DNA of 38,154 nucleotides from a virus: IMG/VR virus record IMGVR_UViG_3300045988_064121, positions 1 to 38,154 of that record; one strand, 5' to 3'. Shown piece by piece: positions 18,777 to 25,423 of this stretch (position 1 is its first letter; each line of letters starts with the position of its first letter). The notes under the pieces were generated by a model. It saw only the letters and a program-made list of their open reading frames with translations, ran no database searches and was not told where the DNA came from. The position numbers and the translations under genes were made by a program.

Positions 18777-19214
18777 ATGCAAGAGGTTAGAAAAAGGAAT
18801 CTAGACCTCTTAACCGAAGCAATGAGAGGACTAGAAAAAGGATACAATGATTTAGATTTTAAAGTTATGAGCCAAGCTTTAGACAATATCAAAGACATTG
18901 ATACAATACTAGCTATGAGTGATGGAAGAACTGCTATAAATGCATTAAAAACAAATGATACAGATATTGAAGGAACGGAAATTGATGATAATATTGCATT
19001 GATGAATAGCCATTTTAGGAAATACATAGAAGCTAAAAAAGAATATCGAAAAGATAACAATGAAATTGATAAACAAAATTCAATTCGTGAATTAGAAGCC
19101 TTTCTTAGTGCTATGTATGGAATCTTAGAAGAAATGAAAACGTCTAGCGACTTTCAAGAAGAAAGAGAAATGGTAAGAGATAAGTTAAGAGAAATGTTTT
19201 CAGTATATCAATGA
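18777..19214 (+). CDS. Helical hypothetical protein
   Basis: ORF with a weak SD; last gene of the cargo cassette. Confidence 0.4.
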   Translation: MQEVRKRNLDLLTEAMRGLEKGYNDLDFKVMSQALDNIKDIDTILAMSDGRTAINALKTNDTDIEGTEIDDNIALMNSHFRKYIEAKKEYRKDNNEIDKQNSIRELEAFLSAMYGILEEMKTSSDFQEEREMVRDKLREMFSVYQ

Positions 19215-19219
19215 TAAAT

Positions 19220-19265
19220 ATCCTCTTTATGTGCTATAATCGGCATATAAGGAGGATTTTTTTTA
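19220..19265 (+). terminator. Strong intrinsic terminator whose 3' arm contains the endolysin SD; extended -10 (TGcTATAAT, 19232-19240) in the loop
   Basis: 15-bp stem, 19220-19234 with 19243-19257 (two G-U pairs), then T8. Confidence 0.7.
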
Positions 19266-20720
19266 ATAGATTATCAAAGTTTTAAAAACGCCGTATTAGG
19301 CAAAAGAATTGACATTGATGGAGCTTATGGTTCACAGTGTTGGGATGGTGCAATGTATTGGTACGAGAAACTAGGATACCCAAGAATTAGTTGTACAGTC
19401 AGTAAATACGCTAAAGATATTTGGATATACAGAAAGACAAATGGTATTTTAAGAAACAGTATAGAAGTATCTGTATATAAACCCGGTGATATTGTTGTGT
19501 TTAAAGAAGTGCCAAATGTTACACCATATTCGCATATTGCTATCTTTGATTCAGATATTGACGGCAAATATGGTTGGTTTTTAGGTCAAAATCAAGGTGG
19601 TGTAGGAGGAGCATTTAATTTATGTAAATTCCCATACAGTGCCACATACGATACAGGATTTAGACCTAAATGTTTAGTGAATCAAACATCTAACACTACA
19701 TATGATGTCAATAAATTGGTATCAGAGCATGCATTAGCCACACTTACAGTTGACGCAGTAGCAATTAGACAAAGCTCACCAAACGGAGCAGTTATCAAAC
19801 GTGTAAATACAGGCTTTCAATTTGAGTATTACTATAAAGTTGTCGCAAATGGGCATAGATGGGTCGTAAATAAAGATAAGACTCAATTTATGGCTATTTC
19901 TAATTCAGAAACTCAAGGTAAAGAATTGTGGGCAACATTTTCAGAAATTAAAGAAGAAACTAAGCCAACTCCAACACCTACAGAAAAGCCAGCTGAAAAA
20001 GTTGATTACACAAAGAATGTAAAAGGATACGGTGTTGATGTTTCAGAACACAACACAGATATAAATGTATCAAAATATGATTTCATTATTATTCGTGCTT
20101 GTTACGGCGAAAACACAGATGAGAAGTTTGAGAGCTTTGTAAAAGCTTGTGAAAGTGCAAATGTTCCTTATGGTGTATACGTGTATGATTATGCACTAAA
20201 TGATGATGAAGCAAAAGCAGAAGCAAATTACATTCTAAACTTAATTAAAGATAAAGATATTCAAATGGGCGTTTGGTTTGATATGGAAGATGCAGATGGA
20301 TATAAAAAGAAAAATGGTGTATTAACAAAAGAAAGATGTACCAACTCATGCAAGATATTTTGCGATATTCTAAAAGAAAAAGGATACTACACAGGTGTTT
20401 ATACCTCTACTTCTTGGATTGGAACTTATGTTGATACAGACTATCCTTTATGGATTGCAAATTGGGGTACAAATGATGGAACGATTCAATCGGACCAATC
20501 AGATAAAGCAGTGATGTATCAATATACATCAAATCCGATTGATAAGGATGTAATATATCACAATATTGATTTTTATAAGTCAAATCCAAAAAAAGAAGAA
20601 ATTAAAAAAGATGATTCAAGTAATGATTCAAAAAACGATAAAATTAATGTAAATGGAATCAATCAGATTATTGCTTTGATTTTAAAAATATTAAAAAAGG
20701 TGTCGAAACTATTTAAATAG
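19266..20720 (+). CDS. Endolysin: CHAP - SH3b-like - PT linker - GH25 muramidase - amphipathic C-terminal tail; proposed ATA start
   Basis: CHAP Cys motif DGAYGSQCWDG is encoded at about 19320-19350, upstream of the first ATG (19353). His motif YSHIAIFD. GH25 motif YGVDVSEHN...GVYVYDY...WFDMED. GGAGG at 19251-19255, ATA at 19266. Confidence 0.85.
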   Translation: MDYQSFKNAVLGKRIDIDGAYGSQCWDGAMYWYEKLGYPRISCTVSKYAKDIWIYRKTNGILRNSIEVSVYKPGDIVVFKEVPNVTPYSHIAIFDSDIDGKYGWFLGQNQGGVGGAFNLCKFPYSATYDTGFRPKCLVNQTSNTTYDVNKLVSEHALATLTVDAVAIRQSSPNGAVIKRVNTGFQFEYYYKVVANGHRWVVNKDKTQFMAISNSETQGKELWATFSEIKEETKPTPTPTEKPAEKVDYTKNVKGYGVDVSEHNTDINVSKYDFIIIRACYGENTDEKFESFVKACESANVPYGVYVYDYALNDDEAKAEANYILNLIKDKDIQMGVWFDMEDADGYKKKNGVLTKERCTNSCKIFCDILKEKGYYTGVYTSTSWIGTYVDTDYPLWIANWGTNDGTIQSDQSDKAVMYQYTSNPIDKDVIYHNIDFYKSNPKKEEIKKDDSSNDSKNDKINVNGINQIIALILKILKKVSKLFK

Positions 20721-20726
20721 TACTAA

Positions 20727-20754
20727 AGCCTATGTGTAATGCATAGGCTCTTTA
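20727..20754 (+). terminator. Intrinsic terminator after the endolysin gene
   Basis: AGCCTATG-tgtaatg-CATAGGCT followed by a T-rich stretch. Confidence 0.6.
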
Positions 20755-20842
20755 TATATGTTATAATTGAATAGGTTTGAGGTTAATATTCATTTTGATG
20801 TTAATCTATGGTAGCTCTGTTTATACAGGGCTTTTTTTATTT

Positions 20843-20894
20843 TTCTTTAAAAAACTCTTTACACGTATATACGTGTATGTTATACTATATATGT
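20843..20894 (+). promoter_or_regulatory. Promoter-operator copy A: TTTACA (20858) - 17 nt - TATACT (20881) with 16-bp palindrome ACACGTATATACGTGT (20861-20876)
   Basis: Read directly. Near-identical copy at 21706-21756. Confidence 0.7.
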
Positions 20895-20933
20895 GGGTTA
20901 AAGACAAGGAATATTTGTTTTAGGAGGTTAAAT

Positions 20934-21056
20934 ATGAAAACAAATAAAAAAAGCAATCGTAAAGCAGAGACGGTTAACATCTACTTAGAGATTGCTAAAA
21001 ACGTTATTGAAATACTCGCATTTGCAATAACGATTATAAAGAGCTTAGGGAATTAA
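20934..21056 (+). CDS. Small membrane peptide (40 aa)
   Basis: AGGAGG SD. MKTNKKSNRKAETVNIYLEIAKNVIEILAFAITIIKSLGN: basic N-terminus with a hydrophobic C-terminus. Confidence 0.45.
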   Translation: MKTNKKSNRKAETVNIYLEIAKNVIEILAFAITIIKSLGN

Positions 21057-21102
21057 CTCCCTACTCTTTACTTCATTGTACCACATAAAAGGAGGACAAG
21101 AA

Positions 21103-21192
21103 ATGGAAAGACTACAGAAAGTAAAAACGATTCTAGATGTAATTGTAATTGTATTAGGAATTGCATTGTTAGTTGTTTGGTTAGTTAAGTAA
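21103..21192 (+). CDS. Small hydrophobic peptide (29 aa)
   Basis: GGAGGACAAGAAATG context. MERLQKVKTILDVIVIVLGIALLVVWLVK. Confidence 0.45.
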   Translation: MERLQKVKTILDVIVIVLGIALLVVWLVK

Positions 21193-21212
21193 TATATAAG
21201 GAGGAAATAGAA

Positions 21213-21515
21213 ATGTTAAGATGGAATAAACAAATGCATCAGTATGAATCTGATGAAAGCTTAGAAAAAACAATTGAAAAATTTGATGGATATATCGGAT
21301 GTGTATATCCTTCAAATGAATCATCTTACTACATTTGTAGTGGTGGTGATTGTAAGCTATCATATGTGCAATGTTTTGGTGGCGGATTTTACGGAGAAAG
21401 TGAAATTTGCGAAGAATTGTGCATTGGAGAATATACAATGCCTGAACCTTCTGATGAAGATATTGCAATCGCAAATGCGCTCGAAAATTCGATTAAGAAA
21501 GCTCTTGAGGTATAA
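21213..21515 (+). CDS. Cys-rich hypothetical protein
   Basis: AAGGAGG SD. 100 aa with 7 Cys. Confidence 0.45.
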   Translation: MLRWNKQMHQYESDESLEKTIEKFDGYIGCVYPSNESSYYICSGGDCKLSYVQCFGGGFYGESEICEELCIGEYTMPEPSDEDIAIANALENSIKKALEV

Positions 21516-21516
21516 T

Positions 21517-21699
21517 ATGGCTTCAGAAGCAAAGATTAGAGCTAACAATAAATCAAATAAGAATAATACAACGATGATTTGCGTTCGTTTAAGTTACAAT
21601 ACGGACGCAGACATCATAAAGAAATTGGATGAGGTTGATTCTAAAATGGGGTACATCAAAGAATTAATCAGAAAAGATTTGCAGACTAAAAAAAAATAG
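21517..21699 (+). CDS. Ribbon-helix-helix (Arc/CopG-like) DNA-binding protein, candidate regulator of the twin operators
   Basis: MASEAKIRANNKSNKNNTTMICVRLSYNTDADIIKKLDEV...YIKELIRKDL shows a beta-strand plus two-helix pattern. Confidence 0.5.
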   Translation: MASEAKIRANNKSNKNNTTMICVRLSYNTDADIIKKLDEVDSKMGYIKELIRKDLQTKKK

Positions 21700-21707
21700 T
21701 CTGTTTT
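21682..21707 (+). terminator. Intrinsic terminator
   Basis: CAGACTA-A8-TAGTCTG followed by TTTT. Confidence 0.6.
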
Positions 21708-21756
21708 CTTTAAAAACTCTTTACACGTATATACGTGTATGTTATACTATATATGT
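21706..21756 (+). promoter_or_regulatory. Promoter-operator copy B: TTTACA (21720) - 17 nt - TATACT (21743) with palindrome 21723-21738
   Basis: About 51 of 52 nt identical to copy A (one A indel). Confidence 0.7.
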
Positions 21757-21788
21757 AAAAAGTACTTAGGTACTAGGAGGAACAAGAA

Positions 21789-21998
21789 ATGAAAAAAGAA
21801 GAGTATTTAGATGAATATCGATTAGAATTATTTGGAATGAGTAATGAATATCTGTTATTTGAATTAGGTTCTATTGCAAATAAAATAGGAAGATTTGAAA
21901 AAATGAATGAACATGACCAAAACACAGATGCGATTTTAGAAAAATATAGAAAGCAGTATAAGGTATGTCAAGAATATATTTTATCAAGAATGAAATAA
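21789..21998 (+). CDS. Hypothetical protein (69 aa) driven by promoter copy B
   Basis: AGGAGGAACAAGAAATG context. Confidence 0.5.
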   Translation: MKKEEYLDEYRLELFGMSNEYLLFELGSIANKIGRFEKMNEHDQNTDAILEKYRKQYKVCQEYILSRMK

Positions 21999-22024
21999 GC
22001 GTACAAATGAAGTACGCTTTTTTA
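21998..22024 (+). terminator. Intrinsic terminator
   Basis: AGCGTAC-aaatgaa-GTACGCT followed by T6. Confidence 0.7.
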
Positions 22025-22216
22025 TTGGCATATTTTTTGGCATATTTTATATTGAAAATCACAGTATTATAGAGTACGCAAAAGTACTGTAAAATACTAC
22101 AATAACATAGTGGAATATATCTGTCCGATTCTTATATAATAAATAAAAGCCTATATATAAAGCATATATAGGAACATTGGCATATTTTTGGCATATTCTT
22201 TCATGAATTATGCCTT
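22025..22216. other. attP-like region: two tandem pairs of TTGGCATATT(T) arm-type repeats (22025-22048; 22177-22198), an inverted partial copy (about 22205-22216), a 9-bp inverted repeat (22150-22172) and an operator-like AGTAC-N6-GTACT (22073-22088)
   Basis: Repeats read directly. The region lies immediately upstream of the integrase gene. Confidence 0.55.
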
Positions 22217-22264
22217 TTTTTTATCCTTTTTCTTGTGTATGATGATAAAAAAGAGGTGCAAGAA

Positions 22265-23362
22265 ATGGCAGTCAAAAAAGATGAAGCAACAGGAAAATGG
22301 ATGTATTATGGTTCATACAAATTGAATGGAAAGACAAAGCAATATAAGAAGCGTGGTTTTGAAAAAAAGAAGGACGCTATAAAAGCAGAGATTATCTTTA
22401 AAGAGAGTTTAAAAGAACCAAACGCAACTATCACATTCAATGAATTGTCTTATCAATATCAAGTATACTCGGAAAAGAGAATTAAGGAAAGTACATACTT
22501 AACACAAAGAGCAATATTGAAAGTATGGGAAGATGAGTTAGGAGAATGCGAAATTAAAAAGCTCACTGCAAGCAATATAGAAAAAGTTATTAATAAATTA
22601 ATGAAATCAATGTCATTTGATTCAGTACTTAATTATTATACGAAATTCAGAGCAGTTCTTAACTATGCAGTAAGACAAGGATATATTCAAGCGAATCCAT
22701 GTAATAAGATTGATTTAAAAAAAGACCCAAATAAAAAAAAGAAAGACATGATGTATTGGACAGTAGAGCAATTCAACAAATTTATAGTAAATGAAGATAA
22801 ACCGGTATACCATTTATTGTTTATGAATCAATTCTACATGGGTATGAGAATAGGCGAAACATTGGCTCTACAATGGAAAGATATTGATTTAATTAATAAT
22901 ACCATCAACATACAAAAGACATGGGCAGACACGTTAAGAAAAGCAACAACGCCAAAGACAAGCAACAGTTATAGATTAATCACTATGCCACAGTTTCTAT
23001 CTGATGAATATAAAGCTTTTAAAGAGAATATGAACGCAAATGATAATGACTATATATTTGGCATGACAGTACCTTTTTATCGAAGTTCAGTTAGAAAAGA
23101 AATGAACGAAACTATCAAGAAAACGAATATCAAGCTACAACAAAATGAGCAGATACCTATTATAAGAATACACGATTTACGGCACTCATGTGCTTCTTAT
23201 ATGATTAATAACATGGTTACAAATGGAACAGTGAATTTCTCAGTGTATGACATTGCGAAAAGATTAGGTGATAACCTTGATACAGTGCTCTCAGTGTACG
23301 CTCATTGGTTGCCACAAGCAGATAAAGGTATTGTACAATTTATGGAGAAAGACAAATTTTAA
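22265..23362 (+). CDS. int: Tyrosine integrase
   Basis: N-terminal Arm/SAM-like domain (MAVKKDEATGKWMYYGSYKLNGKTKQYKKRGF). Catalytic motifs MGMRIGE, HDLRHS, LSVYAHW. Start at the GAGGTGCAAGAAATG context. Confidence 0.9.
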   Translation: MAVKKDEATGKWMYYGSYKLNGKTKQYKKRGFEKKKDAIKAEIIFKESLKEPNATITFNELSYQYQVYSEKRIKESTYLTQRAILKVWEDELGECEIKKLTASNIEKVINKLMKSMSFDSVLNYYTKFRAVLNYAVRQGYIQANPCNKIDLKKDPNKKKKDMMYWTVEQFNKFIVNEDKPVYHLLFMNQFYMGMRIGETLALQWKDIDLINNTINIQKTWADTLRKATTPKTSNSYRLITMPQFLSDEYKAFKENMNANDNDYIFGMTVPFYRSSVRKEMNETIKKTNIKLQQNEQIPIIRIHDLRHSCASYMINNMVTNGTVNFSVYDIAKRLGDNLDTVLSVYAHWLPQADKGIVQFMEKDKF

Positions 23363-23445
23363 CACTAAAAATTACCCTTGAAATATAGTTATATTCGTAA
23401 TAACCTTAGAGGTATTAAAAAACTATAAAGAAAGGGGGAAGCCAC

Positions 23446-23574
23446 GTGACGAAGTATGAAATGTATGTATTAATTAATAGAATGTTAGAAAAATTAGAAG
23501 AAAAAGAAGTGGCAAAGGTATATGAGTATACTCAACGGATTTGGATAAATTCCACAGATGAAAAGAGCGATTAA
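23446..23574 (+). CDS. Small hypothetical ORF (42 aa)
   Basis: GGGGG SD 7 nt upstream of GTG 23446. Confidence 0.25.
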   Translation: MTKYEMYVLINRMLEKLEEKEVAKVYEYTQRIWINSTDEKSD

Positions 23575-23589
23575 TTTCGCTCTTTTTTA
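23561..23589. terminator. Bidirectional terminator between convergent units
   Basis: AAGAGCGA-ttaatt-TCGCTCTT flanked by an A-run and a T-run. Confidence 0.7.
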
Positions 23590-24237
23590 TTTTACAGGAA
23601 ACAATTGAATATCTTTCCAAGTAGGAGTGTCATTTTCGTTTCCTGTCCATTCACATGAAGCAACGAACTCTACTCTTTTATCATCTACAGATGTAGCTCC
23701 TTTAATTAAATATATATTATCATTTTTTGCAAATTCAAAAGATTTAATAGAATCAAAATCTGATGATTTTTCAAGATTCATAAAAAGATTTACTGCAATT
23801 TTAGTCCAATCGTATAATTGTTCTTTTTCTTTTTGAGTAACAATAATTGTATTAGGCATTCTAACGACTGAACCATTTTCATAGAATACTGTTTCATCCT
23901 TTTTAACAGTGCTTACAGTATCACCTTTAATATTAAATGTAATATCAGTGTCTATATATTTAATTGTACAAGAATCCTCATCTAAATGAGTGATATGAAG
24001 TTTTGATTTTTTTATTCCTAGTTCTTTCGCAACGGATACAATAGATTTTACTTCTTTTTCCGATACTTCCCAATTTTCCGCAATTTCTTCTGTATATGTT
24101 AACTTCTTTTGAGGCTCACTAGGAGCAATAGCAATAATTGCATAAAAAACGGCAATAATAATTGCACACCATAATAATATCTTTTTTTTCTTACTACCAC
24201 CTTTTTGAATAGGTGGTGTTTTAGTTTTGTTCCGCAT
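23587..24237 (-). CDS. Membrane-anchored extracytoplasmic protein co-transcribed with the repressor (candidate superinfection-exclusion protein)
   Basis: Basic N-terminus plus one TM (ILLWCAIIIAVFYAIIAIA). It overlaps the cI stop by 17 nt. Confidence 0.4.
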   Translation of the reverse strand: MRNKTKTPPIQKGGSKKKKILLWCAIIIAVFYAIIAIAPSEPQKKLTYTEEIAENWEVSEKEVKSIVSVAKELGIKKSKLHITHLDEDSCTIKYIDTDITFNIKGDTVSTVKKDETVFYENGSVVRMPNTIIVTQKEKEQLYDWTKIAVNLFMNLEKSSDFDSIKSFEFAKNDNIYLIKGATSVDDKRVEFVASCEWTGNENDTPTWKDIQLFPVK

Positions 24238-24622
24238 TGTCTAATTCCTTAATAATTCCATAAATGAAATCTAATAACCTTTCCTTTGTTTCTTCACTTG
24301 ATTTTAAGTAAGCCTTGATAAGTGGCTTTTGATTTGGATTGATTTGGTATTCTTCTATTAGTTCGTCAATAGTGTTATCCGGCAATTCTAGAAACATATT
24401 GCCTTTACCCTCAGTTAACCAAAAGTAATCAACATTATATTCTTTACAAATTAATTTGATAGTTTGGTCACTAGGATTGTTTACACCTTTTTCGAGTGAA
24501 TTGACACTACTGCGAGTTATACCAATCTTCTTTCCAAATTTCTCCATGCTTAGGTTCAAGCTAGACCTAATAGCATTTATTCTTTCACCTATAGTCAAAT
24601 TTTTTACCTCCTCTATATTCAT
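24221..24622 (-). CDS. cI-like XRE-family repressor
   Basis: HTH: LTIGERINAIRSSLNLSMEKFGKKIGITRSSVNSLEKG. Start taken at MNIEE (24622), which has no obvious SD. The longer track start 24667 adds an implausible hydrophobic leader. Confidence 0.8.
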   Translation of the reverse strand: MNIEEVKNLTIGERINAIRSSLNLSMEKFGKKIGITRSSVNSLEKGVNNPSDQTIKLICKEYNVDYFWLTEGKGNMFLELPDNTIDELIEEYQINPNQKPLIKAYLKSSEETKERLLDFIYGIIKELDNAEQN

Positions 24623-24667
24623 AATATCACAAAGAATAAACTTGTAAATTAAAAGGACAAAAAACAC

Positions 24668-24722
24668 TTTACAATGTCATTCAAAAGTACTATAATGTAC
24701 TCGTAAAGTACAAATGAGTACT
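24668..24722 (+). promoter_or_regulatory. Early rightward promoter TTTACA (24668) - 17 nt - TATAAT (24691) overlapped by two AGTAC-N6-GTACT operators (24686-24701, 24707-24722)
   Basis: Hexamers and inverted repeats read directly in the cI/early intergenic region. Confidence 0.7.
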
Positions 24723-24740
24723 AAACGGAGGATGCAAGAA

Positions 24741-24893
24741 ATGAAATCACAAGAAGAAATTAGAAAAAGACAACAAGAATATAAAGACAAAATGTTCAAT
24801 AAATTCAGTAATGAATTTACAAGAAAGATTATTCTTCAAAAGCAAAATCAAATGCTTAGAGAAGAAATAGAAAGATTAAAAGCTAATCAATAA
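24741..24893 (+). CDS. First early gene, coiled-coil 50-aa protein
   Basis: GGAGGATGCAAGAAATG context. MKSQEEIRKRQQEYKDKMF... Confidence 0.4.
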   Translation: MKSQEEIRKRQQEYKDKMFNKFSNEFTRKIILQKQNQMLREEIERLKANQ

Positions 24894-24907
24894 GGAGGAC
24901 ACAAGAA

Positions 24908-25189
24908 ATGACAAACGAAGAAATTATCCAAAACGAAAAAAAGGTACTAGGAATGGGAGAGTTTGAACCTCTCCACACATTCCAAAAATGGAAAGAAATG
25001 GGATTCAAAGTTAAGAAAGGTGAGCATGCTACAGTTTGCACAAAACTTTGGAAACCTAAACAAAAAAAATACACAGACACAAATGGTGAAGAAAAAGTTG
25101 AAAACAATTTCTTCTTAGCAAAAGCTTACTTATTTAAATTGAATCAAGTTGAGCGAATCAATCAAAATGCAGAACCATTAATTAATTAA
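24908..25189 (+). CDS. Hypothetical early protein
   Basis: GGAGGACACAAGAAATG context. Confidence 0.5.
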   Translation: MTNEEIIQNEKKVLGMGEFEPLHTFQKWKEMGFKVKKGEHATVCTKLWKPKQKKYTDTNGEEKVENNFFLAKAYLFKLNQVERINQNAEPLIN

Positions 25190-25204
25190 GAGGAGGAACA
25201 AGAA

Positions 25205-25423
25205 ATGTTAATTTATCAGACACCAAAAGGTGAAAAGCACACTGTATATGTTTATTTAAAAGATGGGCGAGTAGAAAGATTTAAAAATATTGTAGAAATT
25301 AGCAGATTGCGTAACGGATATGCATGGGGTGTTCAAGATGAATACAACTTTTTAGAAGATGACAGAAGAACATCACACGCAGTAAGAAAAGAAGATATAG
25401 AAAAACTAGAAATATTCAATTAG
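25205..25423 (+). CDS. Hypothetical early protein
   Basis: GGAGGAACAAGAAATG context. Confidence 0.5.
   Translation: MLIYQTPKGEKHTVYVYLKDGRVERFKNIVEISRLRNGYAWGVQDEYNFLEDDRRTSHAVRKEDIEKLEIFN

Noticed and set aside
20808-21056. 82-aa ORF from the track
   Set aside because: Its 5' part runs through a terminator hairpin and promoter-operator copy A. The SD-preceded ATG 20934 gives the real 40-aa product.
21274-21699. 141-aa ORF overlapping 21213..21515
   Set aside because: It is in an alternative frame with no SD. The region is better explained by two SD-preceded genes (21213..21515 and 21517..21699).
24623-24667. Longer repressor start at 24667
   Set aside because: It adds a hydrophobic MFFVLLIYKFILCDI leader to an XRE HTH protein and runs into the early promoter.
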